This document shows, piece by piece, positions 8,966 through 19,200 of a stretch of DNA of 41,200 bases (position 1 is the first letter of the stretch; each line of letters opens with the position of its first letter). The stretch spans positions 1 to 41,200 of the forward strand of contig JACPNH010000031.1 of the NCBI GenBank assembly GCA_016185565.1, written 5' to 3'. This DNA comes from Candidatus Woesearchaeota archaeon (GTDB lineage: Archaea > Nanobdellota > Nanobdellia > SCGC-AAA011-G17 > JAGVZF01). The translations under genes were made by a program, and so were the position numbers. The notes beneath the pieces are model-generated. The model did no database searches. It worked only from the letters and a program-made list of their open reading frames with translations, and was not told the origin of the DNA.

Positions 8966-11216
8966 TAGTTTCGTCGTCATTATATTCCTTATTCAATATT
9001 CTATCGATTTCGCTTGCCTTTTTTCCCCCAATATTCTCAATTTTTTTCAGTTCATCTTGTGAAAGATTTATTAGGTTTCTTACAGTTTTGAATTTTTTTA
9101 ATAATGATTTTGCCAAAACTGGACCAATACCAGGCAATGATTGTATGATGAATTCCTGTAATTCAGAATCTGTGAGTGGTTTTTTCTCACCTCTTATTAT
9201 TATGCTTCTATTATCTTCTTTTTGTTCTCTTGTTGCTATAACTTTTAATAAAGCAGCAGTATCTTGAGTATTTTTTGTGAATAAGATAGGTACATTATAA
9301 TTTAAAGCTATAGCAGCAAGCATTCCACGAATTGCGTTTGGATGCATATTTCTTATAGAGTATATATCCTCTTCACCAGATATTATTAATAATGGATTTG
9401 TAAAATTATTTCTCAAGTCCCTAATTTGCGGCAACAATCTGTTGTCTATTATAGAATTAATAAAGTCCTCCTTAGTTTTGAATTCAACACCAACCCTGTC
9501 ACTTAGAAGATAATCTCCAGACACTAAATTTTCCGTGACTACATTAACCCCCAGATTTATAAGATCTTTAATAACACCGGATCCCTTTTCTCTATAATCT
9601 GCAATAATTTTAATTTCGGAGTTACCCTTAACAAAAGCACTAATTTTTTGCTGGTTGTTTTGTTCGGAGCTTAGCTTTAATTTTTCTTTAATATTTTTTA
9701 GTAGTCTATACATTCTTTTTTCTTTGTTATGGGCTACCCAATGATAAGCCTCATCCCTAGAATTTTTAGTCATTAGGACTATCAATTGTCCTTTATGATG
9801 CCTAGCAGTCCTTCCTCTTCTTTGGATAGATCGTATAGCGCTAGGCACTGGTTCATAAAAAATGACAACATCTACTTTTGGTATGTCAAGACCTTCTTCT
9901 CCTATAGAGGTACTGACTAAAACATTATATGTCCCATCTATAAATTTGTCTATAATTTCTCGCTGTTCTCTTTGACTTAAGCCAGTCTCCCCTTTTTTTA
10001 ATTGTCCTACAAATAATTTAGCCTTTACATTTTCTATCTTATTTAGCTCTTTTTCTATATTTGAAGCAGAAGATCGGTATTGGTTGAAAATTATTATTTT
10101 TATATTCTTATTATTATCAAACTTCTCTTTTATTATTTCTTTTAATTTGTTTAGCTTAGGATGATTAATATTATTTTTATATAATTCTTCTGCCTTGAAG
10201 CAGGCTGATTTAAAATTAGGATCTTTTATTAAATTTTTAACGGCTTTAACTTTTTTCTTTTCACCTTCTTGGAACAAATTTTTCATATACGAATGCAGGG
10301 AGTAAATGCCTTGTGTTTCTAATAGTTCTATAGAATGGTGGATTTTTATTGTTTCTGCAATTAGAGAGATTACATGCCAAATAACAAAATTTTTTTCTCC
10401 CCTCGAAATTTTAGCGTGCGCTTGTGCTTGTATAACTAATAAATCCTTTTTATTTATTGTGTTTGGGTTTAAGTTGTTTAGAACACCGAAATTTTTTAAT
10501 TTTATTAGCCTCTCTTTTATCGTATCTTCTAGATATACCTTTATTTCTTTTAATTCATCTGTAAGATCCAATTTTATCCATTCAATATCGATGTCTTTAA
10601 TATATGGAGATACGTCTTTATCATACTCTGTTCTGATTTCTATGTCTTCAATAAAAGCATTTTTACAAACTTCAGAAATTTTATTGATATCTGACCCAGG
10701 GGATGCTGTTAGTCCTATAATTCTTGGGTAGGCTGCATTTTTTTGATAGTGCTTGCAAATGTGTATATAATCATAATTCCCTACACACCGATGCACTTCA
10801 TCTAATATAAGTAAGGAAACATTTTTTATATCTATGCTAGCATTTATGATGTCATTTAAGCAACCTTGAGGTGTTGATATTATTATTTGTGCATTATCCC
10901 ACATGAGCTTTCTCTTTTCAGGACTTATCTCTCCTGTAAACAAAACCACATTATTTGAAACCATGTCTAAGGAGTCTGTATACTCCTTGTATATTTGATT
11001 TGCAAGAGGTTTTGTAGGTGTTAAAAATAAAACCTTAGAATTAGGAAAATTATTTAATCTGTATGCACTAACTAGGATGGATGTTTTTGTTTTCCCTAGT
11101 CCTGTCGGTAAAACTATCAAACAATTTTTTTTTATGCATGAATTTAAAATATTCTCTTGATATTGCCTAGGAGTAAAATTTTTTATTTTTATCATTAGCA
11201 ACCTAAAACCTAACAA
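8958..11216 (-). CDS. hef: Hef / FANCM-XPF-like helicase-nuclease (SF2 helicase + ERCC4 nuclease + HhH2)
   Basis: Helicase motifs PRQYQ, LPTGLGKT, DEVH, TASPG and QRRGRTAR. C-terminal ERCC4 motif GDYLLSDRVGVEFKTKED (EFK replaces the canonical ERK), then HhH LPGIGPVLAKSLLKKF. The start may instead be the internal Met at 11195 (MIKIKNFTPRQYQ). Confidence 0.85.
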   Translation of the reverse strand: MLGFRLLMIKIKNFTPRQYQENILNSCIKKNCLIVLPTGLGKTKTSILVSAYRLNNFPNSKVLFLTPTKPLANQIYKEYTDSLDMVSNNVVLFTGEISPEKRKLMWDNAQIIISTPQGCLNDIINASIDIKNVSLLILDEVHRCVGNYDYIHICKHYQKNAAYPRIIGLTASPGSDINKISEVCKNAFIEDIEIRTEYDKDVSPYIKDIDIEWIKLDLTDELKEIKVYLEDTIKERLIKLKNFGVLNNLNPNTINKKDLLVIQAQAHAKISRGEKNFVIWHVISLIAETIKIHHSIELLETQGIYSLHSYMKNLFQEGEKKKVKAVKNLIKDPNFKSACFKAEELYKNNINHPKLNKLKEIIKEKFDNNKNIKIIIFNQYRSSASNIEKELNKIENVKAKLFVGQLKKGETGLSQREQREIIDKFIDGTYNVLVSTSIGEEGLDIPKVDVVIFYEPVPSAIRSIQRRGRTARHHKGQLIVLMTKNSRDEAYHWVAHNKEKRMYRLLKNIKEKLKLSSEQNNQQKISAFVKGNSEIKIIADYREKGSGVIKDLINLGVNVVTENLVSGDYLLSDRVGVEFKTKEDFINSIIDNRLLPQIRDLRNNFTNPLLIISGEEDIYSIRNMHPNAIRGMLAAIALNYNVPILFTKNTQDTAALLKVIATREQKEDNRSIIIRGEKKPLTDSELQEFIIQSLPGIGPVLAKSLLKKFKTVRNLINLSQDELKKIENIGGKKASEIDRILNKEYNDDETTT

Positions 11217-11245
11217 TTTAAATAACTTTTTACAATCATCTTTTC

Positions 11246-11512
11246 ATGGCTTTAAAATTTTTTGGATTAATGGATTTGCTTGCATGGATAAGTCTAGTTT
11301 TGTTTCAGTTTGGGTTATATAAAGATATGTTACTATTTTTCGCTTTATATCTTTTAATAAAAGGGTTCTTATTCTTCCCAGATATTGTTAGCTTGCTTGA
11401 TGGTGTTACAGGATTTTTTTTCTTGCTCGCCTTTCTTGGGGTTTTTAATATTGTTACTTGGTTAATGTTTATTTTTTTAATGCAAAAATCATTTTTTTCT
11501 TTGTTCTTATAG
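11246..11512 (+). CDS. hypothetical small membrane protein (88 aa)
   Basis: Three hydrophobic segments; no recognisable family. Confidence 0.35.
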   Translation: MALKFFGLMDLLAWISLVLFQFGLYKDMLLFFALYLLIKGFLFFPDIVSLLDGVTGFFFLLAFLGVFNIVTWLMFIFLMQKSFFSLFL

Positions 11513-11571
11513 AAAGAAAACTAGTACACACTTTAATCTGTAGATGAATTTCGGCAACTAATAATGAAAAA

Positions 11572-12324
11572 TCACTTTTGTGAACTATAGAAATATACTA
11601 TTGTGATCAATGATGCTAATACCAACGCAATTATAAATGTCATTATAATATTTATATTGTTGATTAATAATAAAAAGGCCAATGTAAACAGTACAAAAAA
11701 TAGATATGTAAAAGGTGATCTGAAAAAAATATAATTACCATCCAAACGTGGAAATGGTAACATGCTGTAAATAGCAAGCATGGAATTTATTAAAACCCCT
11801 TCATTCCATCCTAGAATTTTGAAAATTGCAATCAAAATAAGACTAACTAAGGGCCCAATTATAGCAATAGAAATAACCTCTGATTTTTGGAGCTCTTTTA
11901 AATTTTTATGGGCTCTTTTGTTTATATCAATACTTAAAAGAGTTTGACCAATAGCAGCGAAAATAAATTTTCCTTTTGATACTATAGCCAATAATATGCC
12001 TAAAAATGCTCCTATGTAGAAATTATTAATTTTGAAGTTAAAAATAGTTATTGGAAGTGCCGACCTTCTCCTGAAACCAAATCTTTGTATGGCCCATAAT
12101 CTATAATCAGCAATAGCACCTATTTTGTTAGCAACAATTTTATGGCTCATTTCATGTAGAATCAATGAAATACTGACTAATATCAGTATAACAAAAAAGT
12201 TAGATAGCCATAAAGACAATACAAATTCTGGTCGTTTATCATCAAAACCAAATATAACACTAAGTAATATTATAGATAGTATCAAATGTTTCTTTTCAAT
12301 CTTACTAAATTTGATATTAACCAC
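11572..12324 (-). CDS. site-2-protease-like (M50 family) intramembrane zinc metalloprotease
   Basis: HExxH within a TM helix (LHEMSHKIV), a second motif MLPFPRLDGNYIF (NxxPxxxLDG-like), and a polytopic membrane profile. Confidence 0.65.
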   Translation of the reverse strand: MVNIKFSKIEKKHLILSIILLSVIFGFDDKRPEFVLSLWLSNFFVILILVSISLILHEMSHKIVANKIGAIADYRLWAIQRFGFRRRSALPITIFNFKINNFYIGAFLGILLAIVSKGKFIFAAIGQTLLSIDINKRAHKNLKELQKSEVISIAIIGPLVSLILIAIFKILGWNEGVLINSMLAIYSMLPFPRLDGNYIFFRSPFTYLFFVLFTLAFLLLINNINIIMTFIIALVLASLITIVYFYSSQK

Positions 12325-13003
12325 TTTTTATAATTTTTATTAAACCAGGGATATGGCCTGCTCCCACTATGGCCAATATTTTTTTATTAGGATTATCTTT
12401 GATTAATCTATTTAAATTTTTTGCAATTACTTTATTTCTCTCTTCTATCAAAGCTTTATAAAAGGAGGGATATCTTTTCTTTAATAAATTCAATATAATA
12501 GCTATAAATTTATCTTCATGCACTTTTGTAAGATCAATTTTTGAAAAATCAACATTTTCTACCTTGTTTATAAAAGGACTTTTTATAAAATCTAAAAATA
12601 ATCTTACTTTTTCCTTAAAAGTAATAAGTTGGGATAGCCTCTTTAGTGTAATTCTAATGTTCTGATCAACTAAGTGGAGCTCTATTTTATTTTCTTTGGC
12701 TAGGTTAATGGCAATAAGCATTTCAGAACCAGGATTAACTCCAACTAATTTGCCCAATCTCTTTTGTATTAAGGCGCCTATCAGATTGAATAAGAAGCCT
12801 TTAAAACCAATATGTTTTATGTCACTTACAGAAATTTTTTTCTTTTCTGGGTTAAGCAATGCATCTAGCCTTAAATGATCTAGTTCAACAGCTAAAATGT
12901 CTGGCTTTTTATATGCGATAAAATCTTTGACTTCGTTTAGGCTTTCCTTTGAGATATGGGATGTGCCTATTAAGCTTAAATTTTCAAAAGTAAATGTCGT
13001 CAT
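12317..13003 (-). CDS. TraB/PrgY-family protein
   Basis: LIGTSHISKESL, DILAVELD, GSEM and AIVGAGHIPGL are the conserved TraB-family blocks. The 8-nt overlap with the downstream M50 gene suggests an operon. Confidence 0.7.
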   Translation of the reverse strand: MTTFTFENLSLIGTSHISKESLNEVKDFIAYKKPDILAVELDHLRLDALLNPEKKKISVSDIKHIGFKGFLFNLIGALIQKRLGKLVGVNPGSEMLIAINLAKENKIELHLVDQNIRITLKRLSQLITFKEKVRLFLDFIKSPFINKVENVDFSKIDLTKVHEDKFIAIILNLLKKRYPSFYKALIEERNKVIAKNLNRLIKDNPNKKILAIVGAGHIPGLIKIIKSG

Positions 13004-13085
13004 TCAGAAGAGAAAAATATATAAAGTTATAAATATTTCTTATTGAAAACAGGATATTTAACAAAAAAGTAGAGAGGAGGAAAAA

Positions 13086-13391
13086 ATGGCAATCAAAACT
13101 ATGCTTATTTCAGATGTTTATGGAGCAGAGGTGTTTACTGATACTGGTGATTTCTTCGGAGTAGTGAAAGAAGCGGTGTTAGGGAACAATAAAGTAACTG
13201 GATGGCGCGTAGAAGCAGTAAAAGGCTCTTATTTAAGTAAGGTATTGGGTGGAGCAAAAGGCGTTATAGTTCCACATAACTTAGTGAAGAGTATGGGCGA
13301 TGTAATGATTATAAGTAGAAATGCCTTACCAAGCTATGATGAGTCTGCTGCAGCCAATGTGGAAAAATTAGAAAGCGGAGAAAAACTATAA
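13086..13391 (+). CDS. small PRC-barrel domain protein (101 aa)
   Basis: ISDVYGAEVFTDTGDFFGVVKEAVLGNNKVTGWRVE...VIVPHNLVKSMGDVMIIS fits the PRC-barrel pattern. A strong SD (AGAGGAGGA) lies 5-13 nt upstream. Confidence 0.7.
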   Translation: MAIKTMLISDVYGAEVFTDTGDFFGVVKEAVLGNNKVTGWRVEAVKGSYLSKVLGGAKGVIVPHNLVKSMGDVMIISRNALPSYDESAAANVEKLESGEKL

Positions 13392-13440
13392 CAAAAAACA
13401 TAACTTTTAAATATTACTCTTTTCTTTTTTATATATTGTA

Positions 13441-14016
13441 ATGGCAAGTCCTTTGCAAAATGCAATTGAGTTTTTAAGAGAATTTGGACTTTTTGATATT
13501 GTGCTTCCATTCTTATTAGTATTTACATTAGTTTTTGCTATCCTAGAAAAAACCAGGATTTTAGGAGTAGAAGGTGAAGGAAAAAATCAGCTTCCAAAGA
13601 AAAATCTTAATTCTATGGTGGCGTTTGTTTTTGCTTTAATTGTAGTTGCTACAAATAAAATTGTTACTGCTATTAATTCTGCGTTGCCGAATGTAGTTTT
13701 ATTACTAGTTGTTTTTGTGGCTTTTTTACTGTTGATAAGCACATTTTCAAAGACTGAAGAGATGGATTTCAAGAGCCTGCATCCAGGATACTATAATTTT
13801 TTTGTGTTTGTTAGTATAGCAACTATAGTACTAATATTCCTTGGGTCTATAACAAATTCAAAAGGGCAATCTTGGCTTAGCTTTGCGTGGGATTATGCAA
13901 TAAATAATTTTGAGGGAGCTGTTGTATCTTCGTTAATATTTCTTGCAGTAATATTAGGCGCGATATTCTGGGTTGTAAGACCAGCTCCTAAGACTAAAGG
14001 AAGTGGAGGAGCTTAA
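13441..14016 (+). CDS. polytopic membrane protein, paralog 1 of 3 (conserved N-terminal LPFLLVFT..FA.LEKT motif)
   Basis: FGLFDIVLPFLLVFTLVFAILEKTRILG aligns closely with paralog 2. About 5 hydrophobic segments. Confidence 0.6.
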   Translation: MASPLQNAIEFLREFGLFDIVLPFLLVFTLVFAILEKTRILGVEGEGKNQLPKKNLNSMVAFVFALIVVATNKIVTAINSALPNVVLLLVVFVAFLLLISTFSKTEEMDFKSLHPGYYNFFVFVSIATIVLIFLGSITNSKGQSWLSFAWDYAINNFEGAVVSSLIFLAVILGAIFWVVRPAPKTKGSGGA

Positions 14017-14600
14017 TGGTAGTCGAATCATTAGACATAGGATCGTTATTTGGAAATTTACAAGCACTTGGATTTTATGATTTTTTATTACCCTTTTTAT
14101 TGGTGTTTACAGTAATTTTTGCTATGCTTGAAAAAACTAAGTTGATGGGAACTACTGAAGATCGTAAGCCAAGAACTAATATAAATACCTTATTAGCCTT
14201 AATAGTTGGGTTAATTGTTGTTGTGCAAACAAGCATTGTTGAAATAATTAACAACTATCTTTCAAAAATGTCCTTATTTATTATTATAGTGTTAATATTT
14301 TTATTAGTAGTAGGTATTTTTGGAGGAAATATAGAGAATGGATTTACTGGATGGCCTTTGGGTATAGCATTTATAATAAGTGTGATAGCTGTTTTATGGG
14401 CCTTGTCTCCTGAATTAGGACTTGGTGATTTCTTTAATAGATATTACATATTCACGGATGCTGACAAAGGGCTATTGTTATTTGCAGCGATATTCTTCCT
14501 TGTGGTATGGATGGTAACTAAAAAACCAAGAGGCGATCATCCAAGTTGGATTACTAATTTAGGAGATGCGTTATCTGGTCGTGTAGGGAGACACCCTTAG
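14016..14600 (+). CDS. polytopic membrane protein, paralog 2 of 3
   Basis: LGFYDFLLPFLLVFTVIFAMLEKTKLMG; TAATG overlap with paralog 1. Confidence 0.6.
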   Translation: MVVESLDIGSLFGNLQALGFYDFLLPFLLVFTVIFAMLEKTKLMGTTEDRKPRTNINTLLALIVGLIVVVQTSIVEIINNYLSKMSLFIIIVLIFLLVVGIFGGNIENGFTGWPLGIAFIISVIAVLWALSPELGLGDFFNRYYIFTDADKGLLLFAAIFFLVVWMVTKKPRGDHPSWITNLGDALSGRVGRHP

Positions 14601-14605
14601 CTAAA

Positions 14606-15139
14606 ATGGCAACTCTGCTAGATGTAAGCTTATTGAAATTCTTTCTGCCAGCATTTACTTTCTTGTTTATAGTTATTTTAAGTTACGCTATGTTTAGGGT
14701 GATATTAAAGGACTTAGATGACAGAGCTAAATGGATTGCTTCTGTTTCTCTTGGTTTAATAGCTTTATTTTCTGGAAGTGCGATAGACTTAATCAATTTC
14801 ATTACACCATGGTTTGTGGTAATAATGGTTTTTTTAGTGTTGGTATTTATGAGCTTAATGTTCTGGACTACAAAACCAGAAGAGATGCAAAAAGATATAT
14901 TAAGTGCCTTGGGAGGCATAAATACAATCGTTATTATAGGAATATTGATAGTTGTGTTGGGCATTTCACAAGTTTTTGGGCCGGTATTTGATCCATATGC
15001 GCCAGGCGGACCGGCAGAAAGAACTATTGGAGGAGAGACTATAAGGACATTATTTCACCCAAGGATTTTAGGAGCGATATTTATTTTAATTGTAGCAGCG
15101 TTTGCAATCCAAAGAATTACAGATGTGACAGCTAAATAA
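14606..15139 (+). CDS. polytopic membrane protein, divergent paralog 3 of 3
   Basis: LLKFFLPAFTFLFIVILSYAMF, with the same topology and length class. Its similarity to the other two is weaker. Confidence 0.5.
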   Translation: MATLLDVSLLKFFLPAFTFLFIVILSYAMFRVILKDLDDRAKWIASVSLGLIALFSGSAIDLINFITPWFVVIMVFLVLVFMSLMFWTTKPEEMQKDILSALGGINTIVIIGILIVVLGISQVFGPVFDPYAPGGPAERTIGGETIRTLFHPRILGAIFILIVAAFAIQRITDVTAK

Positions 15140-15140
15140 G

Positions 15141-15836
15141 CTATTTTCTCTTCTTTCTCTTTAATTCTTCGGTTACTTTTTGAAGATCTTTTATGTTTGT
15201 AGTGAGAGGCTCAAGTATTTTTTCAAGTACTTTTTCTAATGCCTTTATTTCTGTGCCTATTTCTTTGACATCTTTGTCGTATTCAGAAACTTTTCCTAGA
15301 ACTGCCCTTTGAAGACTGTCAAAACGTTCTTGAGTTCGAATTAATTCTTGTTTTATTGAAAGTATATCAGTTTTTACCCTTTCTTTCCATACTGTCATAT
15401 CACCAATATCTTTTACAAAATCTTCCCATTTTTCTTTAACTATAGATTCGGCTATTTCTTCTATCCTTTCAGTGTATGTATCGCGCTGTTGGCCTATAAA
15501 ACCCTGATATTGCGGAATTTGATTGTCTACAGGTTGATTTCCTGGTTGATAGCCTCGAAAATTATTTTGAGATGATTGAATATTAAATTCTGGTGGGTTA
15601 GGGAAGTCCATATTTTCTTGTCCGGAGGGAGAGGGCGCATCTTCAAGTCCGACATCTTGGTTTATTGTATTTTTGATTTCTGATTGGTTTATTGCATCTG
15701 AAATTTCTTGTAGGCTGTAGTTTTGATTCCTTAAATTTTCAATAATTTGGCTGTTAGAATATCCTTGTTTTCTGAGGCTAAGCACAGTGTCTACAGGAAC
15801 AGGTTTAGATTTTTTTTCTGCCACGTTTTTTCCCAC
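15141..15836 (-). CDS. hypothetical protein: small N-terminal helical domain + Q/N/P-rich linker + C-terminal coiled coil
   Basis: N-terminus VDTVLSLRKQGYSNSQIIENLRNQNYSLQEISDAINQ, a low-complexity middle (QPGNQPVDNQIPQYQGFIGQQ), and a heptad-rich C-terminus. Confidence 0.5.
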   Translation of the reverse strand: MGKNVAEKKSKPVPVDTVLSLRKQGYSNSQIIENLRNQNYSLQEISDAINQSEIKNTINQDVGLEDAPSPSGQENMDFPNPPEFNIQSSQNNFRGYQPGNQPVDNQIPQYQGFIGQQRDTYTERIEEIAESIVKEKWEDFVKDIGDMTVWKERVKTDILSIKQELIRTQERFDSLQRAVLGKVSEYDKDVKEIGTEIKALEKVLEKILEPLTTNIKDLQKVTEELKRKKRK

Positions 15837-16185
15837 TTGTTTTTAGCAATTCTTTGACTTGATCTTCAGTTACAAACTTCAAAGGATTCCACATGTTAAT
15901 ATATTTTTCTAAAACTTTGACATCTTCCTTCTTTGCGAAAGAATCAAATTCTTTTATTAAAGTGCGAAGAGATTCTTTTATTACAAATACGTCATTTTTT
16001 ATTTCCTTAATGTCGGAATTTAATGAATCTATTTGCACCATTAATTTTTTATGAGACTCTACCATATTTTGGTTTATTAAGAAAATTCTGTCTCTTGCTA
16101 AAGAATATTTACTTTCAAGGATTCTTATCCTGCCAGAAAGTTCGTTTAATTCTGAATATTGTTCATTCTGAAATTCTTGCGCCAT
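15805..16185 (-). CDS. hypothetical coiled-coil protein (126 aa) with basic tail
   Basis: Heptad-like sequence throughout and a KKRGRKKI C-terminus. It overlaps the downstream coiled-coil gene by 32 nt and is divergent from the pilus-like operon. Confidence 0.5.
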   Translation of the reverse strand: MAQEFQNEQYSELNELSGRIRILESKYSLARDRIFLINQNMVESHKKLMVQIDSLNSDIKEIKNDVFVIKESLRTLIKEFDSFAKKEDVKVLEKYINMWNPLKFVTEDQVKELLKTSGKKRGRKKI

Positions 16186-16287
16186 TTTATTTAGTTTTGT
16201 GAAACGAAAATTATTTTAACTTATTAGGCAATATAAAGGCTTATAAGTAATAAAAGTTATGTTGTTTATGTTAAGTGGTGATTATTT

Positions 16288-19200
16288 ATGTTTACTAAAA
16301 AAATAAACCCAGGCGGTTTTGAGCTTATTAAGGAGGGGGAAGAAGAGGTAATGAAGATAAATTATGAAGGCCTTAGCATAAACCCTAGCTTAGAAGACAG
16401 CGATGAATGTATGGCAGATACTATAGACAAACTTGTTCAAGTTCCAAGTGTTAACAGAATAATCTTTTTTCAGAGGAGAAATTTTGAATATGGTTATGAA
16501 CAAACTCAGATTTTAAGGGAAATTGCAAATATTTTTAGTCATTTAAACAGGCAAAAAAGATTGATTTATTTTATAAACTCTTTAAATTATCATGCAAAAT
16601 CAAATGAGTTAAGGATTATAATTCAAAGTATATTAAAATCAGATCCTATTGGGGCGTATGTCGAGCTAAAAAGGCTCATTAGGGAAGAGAAGCTAATTTT
16701 AAGTAGATTAACTACTAAAGAAGAAACAACATTAAGCAAAAATTACCTACAAATTCTGGAATACGTGTTTAATCTTCTTGACAAGTCAAAGCTTATTAAA
16801 TCAGCAAGGCATTACTTAGATGGGCATGCTCTTGGGAACAGATTTATTTATAAATCCATTTTTAGGGCGAGCATTACACCAGATTTTATGCTTACAAGAT
16901 TGGCTGCAGAAGTTCCCTTAGATGCAATCGAAGTCGATGCTTACAAAATTGACAATGACAATGAAGTAACCATTTACAGAACAAAAGATGATATAAAATA
17001 TTTGTACCATATAAATCCAATTGAGTTTAAAATTTCTGAAGATGAATACGATTTAGTAGAAACTGCCAGGCAAGTATTGTCTGAACATCAACCTAAAGCA
17101 GAGGAATTCGTTAATCCTGAAAAGATAAGACAGACTTTTTTCAATATCGGCAGAGATTTAATAACAGAATTGGCAGAGCATAAAAATATCGATTTGGACT
17201 ATGAAAAAATAAAGAAACTTGCGGAAATTTTAGTTAGGTATACAGTTGGTTTTGGGCTAATCGAAATATTGCTTAAGGATGAAAAAATACAAGATATAAG
17301 TGTTAATGGGCCAATTGGAGAGACCTCTGTATTCATAGTTCATCAGGATTTTGAAGAGTGTATAACAAATATAGTTCCTAGCAAAGAAGATGGGCAGAGC
17401 TGGGCAACAAAATTTAGGATTATAAGCGGAAGGCCATTGGATGAGGCAAATCCTGTTCTAGATACGGAATTAATAGTTCCAGGAGCAAAAGCAAGAGTTG
17501 CTATAATATCTAATCCTTTGAACCCCTTAGGCTTAGGTTATTCATTTAGGAGACATCGTGACAATCCTTGGACCTTACCATTATTTATTAATAATAGCAT
17601 GATTAATAGCTTAGGTGCTGGGTTAATTAGCTTTTTAGTGGATGGCAATAGGTCTTTATTAGTAGCGGGAACAAGGAGTTCAGGAAAAACTAGTTTTTTG
17701 GGCAGCATTATGGTTGAAATAATGAGCAAGTATAGGATAATATCTGTAGAAGATAGTGTTACAGGAGATACTGAGATTCTAATCAGGAAAAATAAAAAAA
17801 TCGAAAGAACCACTGTTGGAAAACTAATTGACTGTATGATTTTAGAATATGGGAGCTGGTATACTCTTTCTGGTCATGAAATATTAGGTAATTATGAAGA
17901 TACAGAGATTTTAGCTATGAACAAAGAGGGAAAAATTATATGGACTAGATTTAGTAAATTGATTAGGCATAAAACTGATAAGAATATTTATGAAATCTGG
18001 ACTAGGACTGGCCGAAGAATAAAAGTTACAGGCGATCATTCTCTTTTCACCTCAGGTATCAATGCCCAGATAACTGCATTTAAGGTAAAAGATTGCAAGA
18101 TAGGAAATTTAATTGCTGTACCAAGACAGTTTCCAGCAACTAACAAAGATACAAAATCTGTTATTGTTTTAGATTATATTCATAAATTAAAAGGCGGGTA
18201 TCTTTACGGTGAAGGATTAACAAACTTCATTAAATATAATAAATATGAAATTATCCAACTTGGAAAGGAGTATGGCAATTCAAAATGTACTATATGTAGA
18301 TGGTTAAGAAAAAATTTACTTCCCATAAATATTGTAAAAGATCTCGATTCATTGGGTCAAAAAATACAATATGCTGACAATATTTACTATAAATCCGCCC
18401 ATATAGGCAAGGGTTTACCGGTAAAAATAGACTTGGACGAAACTTTTTTGACATTTATCGGTCTTTGGTTAGCTGATGGATGTTATGACAAAAAATCTGT
18501 AATCCTTTCTGTTGCAGAGCCTGAAAACAAAGAAATATTTATAAAACTTGCAATAAGATTCGGCTTTAACTTGAAAAAACATTCAGATAAATTTTCCATT
18601 ATACTTAATTCTAGTACATTAAAAGAAATACTTATGAATGTCTTTAATTTAAAGGGAAATGCTTATACAAAAAGAATCCCTGGGTGGGCGTTCACTTTAT
18701 CCAAAAATCAAATATCATTCATATTGAAAGGCGTGTATAGTGGGGATGGATGTGTATCGGACAAGGAAATTGTCATGTCTCTAGCATCCAGAAAATTATT
18801 GTCGGATATACAAACTTTGTTTTTGTATTTTGGAATAATATTAAGAATATGCCAAACACCGAGAAAAGATAACACGTTTCGCTCCTCTATTTCTGCGCAT
18901 AATTTTTGGAGAATATTTCAACATGAGATTGGAATTCTGCCATCCGCAAAAGCAGAAAAATTAAAGATTTTATGTTCAAAAAAATCCAGCCATGATACAA
19001 GTGATATTTTACCATTAGAAATGGCGGAGAAGGAAAAATTATCGTTATTGTTAGATAATTTTAACTCTTTCGACTATATAAAAAGAAATAATTCAATAGG
19101 TAGAACAAAATTAAAACAGATAGTCCTTCAAATGTCGGGTAATGATCAATTCACCTCTAATTTGTGCTTGTTAAGTAATTCAGATATATTATGGGATAGG

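Noticed and set aside
10306-10731. 141-aa plus-strand ORF
   Set aside because: It lies antisense within hef and has no recognisable features.
14683-14991. ORFs overlapping the third membrane paralog (93 aa minus strand, 86 aa plus strand in another frame)
   Set aside because: They are embedded in a longer ORF that has paralog support, and they have no independent features.
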